Shown here: one piece after another, positions 38,381-51,683 of the stretch | Layout of the letters: each line of letters starts with the position of its first letter | Numbering within the stretch: position 1 is the stretch's first letter | Source: Takakia lepidozioides | Lineage: Eukaryota > Plantae > Bryophyta | Direction of reading: 5' to 3' | Assembly: GCA_030704615.1 (NCBI GenBank) | Contig: CM060731.1 | Span: forward strand, 38,564,001 to 38,628,000 | Length of the DNA stretch: 64,000 nt | Translations under genes and position numbers: made by a program | Notes under the pieces: generated by a model | Told to the model about the DNA's origin: nothing | Seen by the model: the letters and a program-made list of their open reading frames with translations, nothing else | Database searches by the model: none

Positions 38381-41263
38381 TCCTTCAATACCTAACAAGT
38401 GTATGTAGTCCGTTACACTGCAGAGGCCCCATAACGTCTACACGGCAGGTTTAACCATGACTAAGCTACTCATTTGCATGCCCAGGATTTTGTCCTTCTC
38501 ACGGGCCTCATCAGAGTCTTTAGTCTGCAGCTTGGACGACCCATGTACAGTATATATGTTATGCAAAGTAGGGACCAAAACTGTGGAGCCTTAGCCACAA
38601 CAAGAGCCAGGTGTACTCTCAGGCATTAGACGCCCATACACTTTACCTCAGACCGTTTGCGAACAGAGTCTCTCTGTATTTGCCCAGACATCATGGGTCT
38701 AGCTTAGGAGGCTAATTACTTTGGTGGTGGAAAGTCAGCCTAGCAGATATTGTGCCCTGACTTTTCCCACGATCTGTCGGCCAAAATCTCTGCATATCCA
38801 GTTTCTTTCTTGCCATTTGTGCGGTTGTACACGTACAACTTGCTTACACAAGTTGTCTCGAAAGAATGTGGATGTTGAAGAACCCAGTATGAGTATGTGG
38901 GTTTTTATCCTCACACAATCAGTGTCTTAGTACGTAATGTCCAAGATGATCTGATGAGACCTCTCAAAGTCGACGAGAAGGTCATGAGTCCTACTCGTGA
39001 AGAAGAAAGATGCACACCAAAGTTGCAGTATCATCACATATACAGACCTGTGCTTGTAATCATAGGCCTATAGATAGGAGGTAGGCAGCCCACTTCCACC
39101 GATAGAGTGGTACTCCCCTTTGCTTAAAGTCTTGGAATCTCAACGTCCGCTTTGCTTTTCGATGTGCACGGCCAAGATCACGTGCCTGTCACGAAGTCGT
39201 TCTACCCTCACTGTATTTTCTTTCTAACTAGTTTTTTTCAGGGTAATCAGCCAAAGAGCGATCTGTCACAGAAAATCCATTAGAGGAAAAATTAACCTCC
39301 TTCCACTTTGCGAGATCATCCCGCACCGCCTAAGAGAGGGGGGCAGTTGGGCTTCATGCTTCATCTTTCCAGACTTTTTCTTGACAAATTTTCTGCGATG
39401 GTGATGTGGGTGTGTACGATTCTATGATTCGAAGAACACCATGTGCGAAATTTGGGTCCACTTGGTGATTGATAGGGTTATCCCAAATTCTGTACAGAAT
39501 TGTAGGAGTGTACTTGTGTACAGCGCGATGAAGGCCTGAGCACAATAATAGGGAATGATGGCCGAGTGTTTAAAGCCTGGGGTTTCTGGTCGAGAGAACG
39601 CGGGACAAAATACTTTAAAGAATGCGACGAGAAAGTGCAATCAAATCAGTGCATTTATTGCGACCGCTGCGCTCGCCCATACCCCCCTCTGACACTCTTG
39701 ACGAGGACGAGAGCTCCATAACTTGTCTTTACTGCCCTCATCATCCTTGAGGTACAGCAGTGTACTTGGTGATGGGCACGTACCGGACAGACCCATCAAC
39801 GTGATCAACTCCACGCTGCCTTGTACCTTCCTTCAGGGCTGATGAATCTGAAGTAGGCCTAACCGTGGCATCCTACGCAGGTAGGAGCGTAGCAACCAGT
39901 GTAGCAACGGAGGAAAGTGATGAATAGATCCTTTAACTCTTCTGATTCTGCTGAGGCGTGGAAGTCTCAGTATGGCCTGTTGACAGAGGGATCTCTTACA
40001 GCTCGGGTTCCAGCTCCATTGAGAGGCTCTGGTATTTCGAATGTCCTCGTGGACCAAGATTCGCCAACAAGATTGGTTTCAGTGGGAGGGATCTGCTTTT
40101 CAGTTCCGGTTGATTTTCATTAAATGGGTGCATTAGCAATACTGAAGCAGGCGGTAGTGTACATTGGCGACTACTTTGTACATGGCGAACTGACGCTTTG
40201 GTATTTGTTGATAGGCCGCACACGGCGCCGAGCTACCGAAGGAGGAATTGCTCACAGCTATCCAGAGCGTGATCACAACCTCAGTTTGACGGCCAGTTTT
40301 GAATGTTTCCAACGAGGGAATTCTACGTAGATCCTCAGCGCTTTTTGGTGTCAGAGAGGACGTGCAGGCCAACACAGACCAGCACAACCCACTCGTTCTG
40401 GGTGGTTTTTGGCGAGCTTTTGGTGAGGAGTGAACTTTGACGAGTGTTTTTGTAACGAAAGCGAGACCGGCCCTTCTTTTTCCTGGGAGTCCGATATCGT
40501 GGAAGGTTTTGAGATGTAGGAACAGCTTCGTCTCATTGTCCGGAATTGTACATTCTAGAGCTGACATCACTCTCCCTAAGAGTTGATCAGTCGTCCACTT
40601 TTCAATTTGGCGTATATAATACATACTTTTCCAACTCAGCTTTGGCCTACTACCCAGAGCACCTTCTCAGAACTACAGATCTTCCGGTCTTGTGGAATTT
40701 TCTTAGAAGTGCCTGCTGCATACATACCGCTTGCTTCAGAGAAAAAGTTCAAACTAAAGTAACAATAAGATGAACTCTAGTGATAGTTCTTCGATGGAGC
40801 CTTCTGCAAGTATCGGAAATTTGAATCTAGCAATTTGTTAGCGATTACATGGAGGAAGGTAGCCAAGATTCAAAGCGTCGATTCCATGCCTGACAAGAGC
40901 TTGGAGTTCTATGGTTTTGTAGGTGTTTGAGCACATCCCTTCAATTCTTGCTTATCTTGACATGTGATTCTATCGTTGTGAATTTCGAACAGCAAGGATA
41001 CTACTAGGTAATCTTGCATGTACTTGCAATTTGTAGTTTTGAGGTTAGACCAAGGTACATCTGTGTTTCCGGCCATTATTGCCTTCCGAACCAGGAGCCA
41101 TTTTCCCCAGGGTTACACTCACTTGCTAAGATCATTTTATTTTCCGTCTTCTGCAACTCTGCTATCACAACCATATCACCAGCTCACAACTACCTTTACT
41201 GATTCTTTTCATCAACTAACATACATCAATCACTGTCGATTTTGAGGCAATTGTCTGTTTAGG

Positions 41264-41505
41264 AATGCCCTTGTCAACATGTATGCCAGGTGTGGAAGCG
41301 TGGTGGATGCCAGGAGAGTGTTTGATGCTTCCATAATTACAGCAACAGGAGCTAGCTGAATGCATCATGTTCTGAAATTAGAACCACAAAATGCTGCAGT
41401 GTATAATATCTATGCTGTAACTCGGATGTGGACAATCTAGAAAAGACCAAAAAATTGATGGAGGATAGAAGTCTGAAAAAGGTGGCAGGGCGAAGCTGGA
41501 TATAG
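41264..41505 (+). pseudogene. PLS-class PPR gene fragment: one PPR motif joined to an E-domain remnant
   Basis: NALVNMYARCGSVVDARRVFDA, then HVLKLEPQNAAVY-NIYA...W/DNLEKTKKLMEDRSLKKVAGRSWI*, with deletions and a frameshift. Confidence 0.8.
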
Positions 41506-42444
41506 ATCACACCCACAAACAGGGGAGATCTTTCCAATTTTGAGACATTGCGGAAGGGGATGAAAGAGAGGACATGCTTCTAACACATTTTGTGTTGCGT
41601 ACTCTGGATCATGTGCAGAAAATGGTAGTTTGCATATGTGGAGTCCTCACATGGACAGGGATTGAAAATGCATGAGCGGTGAGCGCATGAGCATGAGTAT
41701 TTCGAACCTCGCCCGAACCTACACCAAGCCACAATGAGAACCAAAAATAAAGCTTCCCGACGTCCCGCTTTATACATAAAGGGAACAATTTCAAATTTAG
41801 GGGGTAGAACGTCTATACCCGTGCCCGGATTTTGGGTGGTATAGTCGCCACCGACTACAACAGAGCATGCGAATTAGAATTAATCGAATTCTACAAATTC
41901 ATTCAATTTCAATGTGGTGAAAAGAACTTGGTTATTATTATGTGGCGAAAAGCAGTTGGTTGTTATTATAGTCGGCACAGTGGTACAACAACCTTCATAA
42001 ATTTACGAACTACGTTCATGAGCATAGGTAACAACCTTCATAAAATTACGAACTACGTTCATGTAGTCGGCACGGACTACAATTGCCATCGACTTCATGT
42101 CCCAACTGAAATGTGGCAAGTGAATGGGCTCTGTCTTTCAAACTCCATACTACGCATTACATAGCTACAGCCATAGGTTTTGGAATGGCTCACAAAGCAT
42201 GCAAACGAAAAGTGCGTGTGGGTTACCTTGTCCAATACATTAGCATTGAAGAGCATGGGAGCTATTAAAGCAGAGTACAAGAGAAATTTAAACCCGCAAT
42301 ATTCAGATCCACGCACATCAATGGACTATCATACCAAACAGATGAAGGTGGCACAGAAAAGCCGACAGTGTACTCAATGAGAATTGGGGCCATACTAAGT
42401 AATGCATCTGATGACACCATAGTCGGCCACGATATGTGGGTGCT

Positions 42445-42723
42445 CTCTACGGTAACCAAGGACAATGGTCGCGAACTAACATTGCCTTCACCTCATTTAT
42501 GGTGAGATTAGGGTGGTTGATGTCCGCCGAGTCTTTCGGAATCTTGAGGCGACGCAACAAAATAGTATATGTGCTTGCAATGGGTGTAAGTGGATTTAGC
42601 CCTTTTCATTTTGCTAAAGTCAGGGCAGGTGCACTCTGGACTTCCGGAGATGCACACATTGTAGACCTCCCCTGCTTTGGCCGGTGTAAAAATTTTGATG
42701 CATAAAGATATCGGTGACCCCAT
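42445..42723 (-). pseudogene. SWIM zinc-finger gene or transposon fragment (frameshifted)
   Basis: YNVCISGSPECTCPDFSKMKRAKSTYTHCKHIYY fits CxC...CxH. After a 1-nt shift it continues LLRRLKIPKDSADINHPNLTINEVKAML. Confidence 0.7.
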
Positions 42724-43242
42724 TAAATCTGGGACCTTAAATAATGAAGGTGCCCTTGCTTATGAGCCTTTTTATCCTGTGCAGAGTTGATCAATCTTCT
42801 CCCACCCATTGCATGTAAAACTGGTATGAGGGGCTTTGACCATGTATGTCATCACCCCATCTGTCGGTTGAGGATACTGCCACTTTTAATAATTGATCAA
42901 TTTCGCCTTCTGTCGTGTGATGTACACATACTATCCCACCCGCAAAAAAGATTCCGAACAGAAAACCCTGTCCTCCTTTATGCCATGGCTTGAGGGCTCA
43001 CACAGGGGGACAAAATTTCAAAGATGAAACTTCCCTCCTTTCTTTGGCAGCTTCCCAGTTCTCAAGCAATGCCAAGACCTCAAGTGGGAACCTTGGGAAC
43101 CAGTCACGGACGTCATTCGTCATGAGTGACGAAGCAGACAGTCCACACGGAGCGACCTTTTGTCACTCGCAGCACATCAACACAAAACTGCAACCCACTC
43201 TTCAGGCACCTTAGGAAGAAAAACATGTGTTGCCCTATTCCC

Positions 43243-46200
43243 TCACCCATTATCCTTAGGGACCTTGTTGTCAGAGGATATAATCACACGCATCTGCACC
43301 AACAACTGCTTGATATCAAAGGGTTTTCCCAGGTACCCGTCCATGCCATGCGAGAGGCATGTCTCTTGGTACCCTTGAATGGCATGTGCAGTGAGTCCTA
43401 GTATCGGCAGTCTGCTCCACCCTTGCTTTGCTTCCTCCTTTCTTATGTGTTCAGTTGCTTCCAATCCATCCATGTTTGGCATCTGCAATTCCCATCATGA
43501 CGAGTCACATAAGTTTCTATCTCTTGGCCCTCTTGGTTCTCATCTAACCCATTCACACTCTCATGGTGAGGGAGGCCATCTTTATTTATCTTTGCAAGTG
43601 CTTAGCCAGATGACAACTTGAGACCAGGGATTTATACAAGTCACTTCTTGTCGACCTCTCATCCGCATCAATCCATCGTTGGTCTAGATTGACTCAAGGC
43701 TTCAAGATTCCCCTCTCAAACCTTGGATACACTAATGAGACATTGGCCCAAAAGCAAATTAATAGCATGTTCATTAGCAACCCAAGGAGGATGTTGCAGC
43801 ATGTTTGGTTCTGATCCCAGAAGAACATTGTATGCTAACAAAAAGCCACAAAATGCTACAGCTAGAAAAAGATCCCAATGATAGTGCTACAAAACACGGA
43901 AACATAACTTGGCCCCTGTGACTTGCTGTCTACTGGAAGAATGTTTTTACCTGAACATCCATGAGGACAAGGTCAAATGCATCATGGTTGGCTCGTACAG
44001 CTTCTAGAGCCTGCTTCCCATCCCCAGCAATTGTAACCCCATGCCCATGTTTCTGTAGCTGCCGCGTTGCCACTTTCTGATTTATCAGATTGTCCTCCGC
44101 CAGTAATATTCTGTATTTCATGTCTGCATTATAATCGCAGCCAACAAACTCCGCTTGAGGCACTGTTTTATGGGTAGTTGCTGCCCTGTGGCGAATCAGA
44201 GGAGCTAATCCTGATGTTTGACCCATGCACAGTGAAGAATCTGTGCCTAACTCGGCCCCATGTTGTGCATTACTCTTTACATCTGAATCATGTGAGATTG
44301 ATGGCTCTAGCGGCACATCTTGAGAGGTAGGTGACTCTGTTTTTCCTGTTGAAATTGTATTTGGAACCTGAATAGGTTTCTGGCTGAGGTTCCTTGATGA
44401 ACCGCGGCGACCTAGATCCCGTTTCCTTGAGATGCCTTCAGGCCATGATGCCCTAGCCAACAAATTCTCATCTCGTCTTGACTCCCTTTTGTTTGATGGC
44501 ATGTCTTCTTTTGATAGGATCCTAACCCCTTTGTTGAGGGGCACATTGCCTCTCTTGATTCCCTTGGATGGTGGAAAAGTCTTTACAGATGAAACAATTT
44601 GAGGGGAATCCACAACGAGGGACTCCACACTGTCACCTTCCCCTTTTGTGGCTGGCAAACTGAACTTCACCGTTGTCATAAGAACGCTTAGAGAGTAAGC
44701 ACGCCTATGCTGCAGCCCATTTACAATGGCCTCCTTTGATGTAGGCAAGGCATCCAGTGAAGAGAATCTCAATGGCCTCTGACTCGCATCAGATTTGGAG
44801 GGGCATCCATTATTGTCAGCCTGAGGGAATGGTAACTTGAAACCAAAAGTACTTCCCTTACCCACCTCGCTCTCTGCCCAGAGTGTGCCTCCCAAAAGCT
44901 CCACAAATCTGCCAAAAAGAATTTTTTTCGGTACTTGAGCAACTCTTCAAATGACAATGCAACCATTAAGTCTGAAGGCATTGACCATCAAACCGACTTC
45001 CCAGACTGGACATGTGACTCACAGTGGGATAAAATTCAAAACGATCTCTCCCTCTACAAAATAAAATTGCCTTCTTTTTCTTGTCTCCCTCCCTTTTGTT
45101 CACCTCCCCCCTAGGAAAAAAAAGCGACATAGGCCATACCTCTGGACAATGCAAAGGCCAAGGCCAGTGCCCCCATAAAGCCGCGAGGTTGAGGGGTCGG
45201 CTTGTGTGAATGGATTAAACATGTCCTGCAGAGTCTCCTTGTTTATTCCAATGCCTGTATCACGAACCTCAAATTCCACATTTACCATTTCTGACATTGA
45301 AGGAGTTATCATTTGTGAGTCAAGTGGAAGCACTGGGGCCACTTTCGTTGATCCCAACCCTTTCAAGCCATTGTCAGTGCATTCGTAGACATCAATGATG
45401 GTGCACCTAGGATTCTCCTTGTCAAGTTCCCTTTTGAAGTGAGGCCCAGGCCAGCTTGACCAACTTTGCAGTCTGGCAAATGTGGTAGAAGGCTTTGGAG
45501 GCCTTGGGAAAATTGGTGGAGTTGCTGGTTTATCCCGCTTCTGTTCTCGAGAAAGTGCAATGCGCACCGTCACTGAGCCTTTGTGTGTAAACTTGAGAGC
45601 ATTCCCCACTGCACATGTGACCATGTAACAAGCAAGCACATATTATATTCATAAGTCTTGCAATGCAATAGAAGGGGATTCCGCACAAGAGAGCCTGGAC
45701 AATCGAGATAGTACAGAGAAAAGTTCCTTGGAGCAAAGACATCCAGTTGCCCAGCAAGCAGAGGAACGTCATCTCAAAATAATTTCCTCTCAGATCCAGC
45801 CAAAGCTGACTAGTCTGGTTATACTAGAAGATGCAAAAACTGCCACTAGTTGCGCCTTTGTGTTTTGACAACCCTCTGGATGCCAACTAGCCTTTCCATC
45901 AAGGCTGTCAATCTTTCAATCATCATATGAAACAGGCATCATTTGCACACTAGAAAGATAGACACTTCTCCATGCTACTCTCACTTCAGGAATTAGAGAA
46001 GGATCACTGTAGCTATTATGAAGGTCTGGTCCATTGAATATTTGATTGGAACATACCAAGGTTAAGGAGGCACTGCTGGAGCTTCCCTGGATCTCCAACA
46101 AGCAGATCAGGCACACCTCCTTCCACTTCCCAAAGGAGTCCGAGACCACAAGCTCGTGCCCGGACCTGCAGCATGCGGAGTGTACTGGAAGCTGTTTTAC

Positions 46201-48183
46201 GAATGCTAAAAGGCACTCTCTCGACTTCCAGGCGCCCAGCTTCAATCTTGGCAAGGTCCAGCACGTTATTGATAATGTGTAGCAGCAAATCAGCACAATC
46301 TTTCACTGAATGCAAACTTTCACTTTGATCTGAAGACAGCTCAGACTCCAGCAGCAGTGTAGTCAGCCCGAGTATCCCATGTATTGGAGTCCTGCCATTT
46401 GACCAAGCAATAACTTTGAACACACTATTAGTACCCTCTAACTCAACTGAAGCTGAACTGCATTGCGAGCTACGAAGGACAGCACTCACCCTCCCTTGAT
46501 GATCAGACACATTCATCAACTGCGTGTAACCTATTAGGCTTGCTGTAACGACCTCCTTCACACCAATAGCCTTGCCAAACCTTTTCCTCACTGCAGACTG
46601 GCATCCTTCAAAGCTCTCAAATGTATTACAGGGCAGCCACCTTATGTCATTCAGAAGCGGCTACCTGTAGCTGCTGTGAGGGCCACTGACTACCATGACA
46701 TCAGGCAAGTTGTGACATTCTATGACCACCTGCAGTCAGCTTGGACTGGACTCTCTGGTCAAGTAACTCCATTTCACTTCTGCTTGATATTTGAACATCC
46801 AGGGTGGGAGCAATAGCTTGTTGAACTATGCGGGCACAAGAGTTCGAACGGGAGAGGCCCTGTAGAAAGGCACCTGATTTCATGGCTCATGTTGGCAAGG
46901 AATTCAGATTTAGCGTGGCTGGCATCTTCGGCATTTTTCTGCGAGATTTGAAGCTCCTCATTGGCCTTCACCAGCTCCTTTGTCCGCAAGGACACCGTAT
47001 GCTCCAGGTCCTCATTGACCCTATTTAGGTCCCTTGTTAACTGCATCCTCTCTTTAACAGCTGCTGCTAGAACTATCCCTACCAGCCCCATAATTGAGAC
47101 AAAGAGCTCGATCTGAATCACCAGACCTGCGGATGCCTTGTCTTTAGGGCTTCCAGCCATGTGATACAGAGTGTTGTCGCGATGCAGGGTTCCCCATGAA
47201 CAGAAAAGAGAGATGACAGTGACCACTAAAGCCCAGCCAACCCTATTAAACCGAAAGGCCGCAAAAATTGTCACGGGAAAGAGCAGATACGGCAAAGGCC
47301 GGATGACGATGTCAAGGGAAAACAGAAATAATAAAATAAGGAGGGACAGCGTAACAAACCAAATGATGAGGGATTTGAGAAGGTTGAAAAACTTGGGTGT
47401 TTGGAAACGGGGAGGGGGATAGCGACATGCCAAGAGATGTATCACAGAAGGAGAGACGGTGAGCATTCCTGCGACTACACTCAACCAGGTCGTAGCCCAG
47501 AAGCGCATTAAGCTTTTCCATTCCACCATGGTTGTCATACACTCCGCCACAGCAATCAGAGTGTCAAACACCAGAGAGCACGAGACCACAATCACAATAT
47601 AGCAAAAGGCCTGCCTGACATTGTCAATTGTTGGGATCTTCTTCCTAGGACCTCCACTTGGGCACAAAAATTTCCTCAACAACCAGGCAGACACCTGAAT
47701 CTCCAGTGCTCCCAGAAGTGCAAAAATGATCATACAAAACATTCGAAGCTCGCCCACTTCGCCAGACCCTCGCATCCCCGAATAAATACGGCCCAAGTAA
47801 AAGCCCACAAAGTTGCCCAGGGCGACAGAGCCTTGATACTTTGCTGCGATAGCTAAGCCCAAGGCATGAGGGAAATACAGAGGGAAGATTACTGATTTAC
47901 GTTTCATTCTTTGCAGCGCGGGCGTGGAGAGCTCATACACAAGTATGCCACAAACCCCTGTAATAACAATTGTCAAAGCGTTTATCCAAACAAGTGTGAT
48001 GTAAGCCTTAAAATCCCGGGGCCGATCCTCGGACTGCAGACCTGAGAACAAATAACTTGAGACGATTTTCGGCGCCCGTGCCAAGCACCTGCGGGAAGGG
48101 AGGAGATTTGAAAATCTGGAACCTGATAGTAGGGAATGACGACGAGGGCTGTGCATGCTGGCATTGCTGGGAAGCCTCTCCAT
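43243..48183 (-). CDS. Hybrid sensor histidine kinase with MASE1-like multi-TM sensor, HisKA, HATPase_c and receiver domain (exons 48183-46874, 46391-46057, 45608-45140, 44908-43951, 43482-43243; 1103 aa)
   Basis: H box [10 protein letters not shown]|TPIHG; N box QCLLNL|VGNALKFT; G1 DTGIGI; F/G2 [20 protein letters not shown]; GKGSTF. Receiver [12 protein letters not shown]...LVLMDVQ|MPNMDG...TAHA...KPF. The N-terminal hydrophobic helices carry MASE1-like motifs ([43 protein letters not shown]). All four introns are GT-AG and the summed CDS of 3312 nt stays in frame. Confidence 0.93.
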
Positions 48184-51100
48184 TTCCACCCGCTGCTCGT
48201 CTACCACCTGTCCTCGCTGCACGCGAGCAAGCAAGATGCGACGACAAACTCAAACCCCCACGGCCAATTTAAGCCCCCCTCTAATCGATCCACCTCCTCC
48301 CCTTTTCTCCCCCCGAGTGTGGACTCGCCGAACACCCTCTTTCATCGTTCCTTAGTGAAACACTTCTCCCAAACTTCCTTCCCCAAGCTGCATCAAAGTA
48401 AAGCCCTGCTGGTGATACGCTGCGTCCTACCATGCGTAGCTTCTTCCGTCGGCTTCTTCCGTGGACACTCGAGCAAACCCATAGCTCAACAGCCCAAGTA
48501 GAGAGTAGCCTCATCCAAAACCTCGGTGAACGCATAAACTCCACAACCACAGCTACGCAAAAACACGCCGATCATACCTTCCCGAACAAACTCTTTACTT
48601 GAGCAAACACATGCTCCAAACCATCGCTCAAGCCCTCATCCCTCGAGGAAAACAAAAGCTCCTCGGAGGATGTTGAGCAGCAAAAAACGGGACTTGTCGG
48701 GCGGAGCTCGCATGCGGCCATAGCCCAAATGTTGCGTGAAGAATGAGTGTGAAATGGAGAGAGGCGAGGCCACCAACCAGCAGCGGCAGTGTGTCGACGC
48801 AGTGCACAGCCCCGCAGTGCGTCGCTGCGACAATTCGTTGATAGAACCCCCAAGCGTATTGCGGCCTCCCATGTGGCCCTTGGGGGTCCCCTCTCTGCCC
48901 CTTTTCCTCCCGCACGTGTTGCCTTGTTTACCGCAGACTCAAGTTTTGACTGCACCGAAATTACCTCATTTCGTGAACAGCGCTGTGGGTCGGGGGCTCA
49001 AACCCCTATGCTCTCGTTTGCCTTCAGATCGAGGGTTACGGGTTGGTAGCCCCATCGCTCGGGTTTCTTTAAATAATAACAGTAAATGATGTTTTGAAGC
49101 TTATAAATAAATGTGGACCATCAAGCCCCTGCCTTCGGTGTGAAGGTGGGCACGTTTTGAACTTATAGAGGAGCTATTGCTCCGATTTAAGAGCCAATGG
49201 ACGAATGTTGAAGGATTGAACCCACGATCATCTCCGGTACTGCCAAAGCGAACTAGATGGATTATATGCCGGAAACAAAAGAATTGAGATGAAACGTGAA
49301 TTGCATGGAACAGCCTGCAACATCAGTAAGAAATGATTTTTTTCATGTGAAGGGCCTTTTTTTGAATTATTTTATTTTATTTTTTATTGTTTATTTTGGC
49401 TTTGGGGAAAAGGGGGGCGCCCCCTCCTGGAGTCAGGCTATAGGAACTTTTTTTGGGATTAACTTTTTCTGAAATGATTAATAGGAGAGTTTTTTTTTTT
49501 TCTCAAAGGAATGGTAGCCCTGATTATTTTATTATATTTTTATTTTGTTTCGTAAAAAGGGGGCAGAGGCCCTTAAACTCAGATGAAAAAAAAACAATGA
49601 AGGTTGTCTTTGTAATTATATTGACAGCCACGAGCAGAATATTCCGTGGCTGGAATACGTCACTCTGCCCGGAGAGGGCAGCAGGGAGTTGTCGTCATCT
49701 GGGCAGGGGCAGGGGGAACTTTTGAGCTTTGCTTTTACGAACTCGTACGTGCAAAGCCCTAAATCATAAGGGGGGTTTTTGCACTCATCTGTAACATTTT
49801 CGTCTCTACTCCGATGAAGGTGATAGTTGCAGGAAAACGTAGCCCTGAATCCCAGATTTCTAACGGTCCCTAGCATGCTAATTACAGATCAACACTCGAT
49901 TTGTTATTAGTTTTATAAGTAATGTAAGAGCCAAAAAACAAACAAAAAAACAGCTGTCTCGGTGTCGGGCTGCAGCATCTCGCTGCCCGAGCTGCCCGAA
50001 TCGGCACACACTAGGCCCCCAAACTGTTTTAGGGGAACCCCGCTGCGAATCCCCGCTGCGAATCCAAGGGCGCATTCAGTGGGCCAGCGCTGCGTGGCAT
50101 CCCGGCACTGGCTGCAGCTGTCGTCCTTGGGGCCCGCCAGACCCGGGGGCCCAATAACGAGGCTAATTCATGAGCGCTAGACATGTTTTGGCAAAACATG
50201 TGCCCTCACCTAGGGCAGGCCCAATCTGGCCACGGAAACGGCATTGGGCCCTCCCTAGACTCTGTAATTTCGGTGGAGGTCAAACACTATTTAACTTTCA
50301 GCCAACTGGTCAAAACATTTCTGAATTATTTTTACTAATGTGTGGGGGTGTCAGTTCGTGAGTGGGCCCCTTTGTATATGGATGCCATTTGGATGGCAGG
50401 TATGGATTTGGTCTTTTGGGCAGGGAAGGTGTCAGGCCCAACTCTGGCATATTGGTCTTAAGCTTCCCAGGAGGAGGAGGAGGAGGAGAAGTTCTGAAGC
50501 TTCCGAGAAGGAGGAGGGGGAGTTGCTATGTATCAGGTTTTGGGCTGTGTGCCTTGTCTCCAGGTACGTGTGTCAGTTGAGATGTATAAGCATTGTTAAT
50601 GTAGAACAGCTCTGCAAAGCTAGAGTTATAAAGGACCCAATATGAGGTGACTGTAGAAGAACAATATGAAAGACAATCAATGAGAAGCTTGGTCCTTTTC
50701 CGCCCAAAAACAATGAACCCATCCCCACCAATAATAGTTGTTGCGTGCCAGCCCAACTTTGCTTTGGTGCTTGCTTGCTTTCCATTGAGCTTTTCCAGAT
50801 TTCATTGCTAGTCCAACATGACTTAGCTTGGCAAGGACGGCAGGTCTAATGTGTAGAGCTGCTGTGGGCCCTGTGTCCAACGATGAGTAAGTGAGGGAAA
50901 GGAAGAGGGAGGCATGCGGAAACATTCCAGCTCCTACATTCCTGGTTCCTTCTTTCTTCCTTCCTTCCTGGGAGTTTGAGTGAGGCTTGCAAGCTTTGGT
51001 GCTGGCACCCCAATCCTTTCCTAGTCTGCAGCAGCAATGCAGTTGTGTTGCCTACCCAGCATAGGCCCCACTGCTGTCTGCAGCAGCCATGCATAATCAA

Positions 51101-51683
51101 TCAGTGAGCCTCAAACAATTCCATCACACCTACTCCGACGTATTACAACAGTAGGTTTTATAAGGACACACACTCTGCCCGTGCCGTGCATGGAAGAGCT
51201 GTTCTACTAGCCTAGTATTGTGTTGCTTTGTTGGCTCCTCTTTATTCTAAAGAGGGGACTACGCATCGCTGTCAAAAATCGCTAAGCGACTGTTGTGTTC
51301 CCCAGGTGTCACTTCCTCTCCTTTGCTGAAAACTGCCTCCTCATTTGCCTTCCCTAGTAACACCTCCCTCCTGTAACATCTCTCTTATTGAACAATTTAT
51401 GAAAAAATGGATGATTTTTTAAGGTTATTATGGATAAAAGTTGATTTCCAAATTGGTAAAGAGGAGCCATAAATAAACAACTAGCCGATTGTTTTTTCAC
51501 TTGCTCCACTATCATCCTTCCTTGCGATTTGAATGTTGCTTGAGCCCCTTAGTTCTCTCTGTCTGGCACTTTTACCTCTTTTTTCTTTTTCCAATTTTAA
51601 GAGGGGATAGAAGCCCTCACATTCTATGCGGGGAAAACCTCTTTATTTGCCATGATAATGTGAAGACTAATAGTTCACGATAA

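Noticed and set aside
38951-39010. CTGATGA-GAC...GTC resembling a hammerhead ribozyme core
   Set aside because: The stem is followed by GACG rather than GAAA, and no stems I/III are evident.
40133-40624. 163-aa minus-strand ORF
   Set aside because: No recognisable domain; lies in the probable 3' region of the bHLH gene.
8523-48183. Functional cluster of DUF642, ZHOUPI-like bHLH and the kinase (cell-wall signalling)
   Set aside because: The genes are far apart, separated by TE debris, and there is no synteny or co-expression evidence from sequence alone.
48184-48234. ORF-track start of the kinase at 48234
   Set aside because: That codon is TTG; the first in-frame ATG is at 48183.
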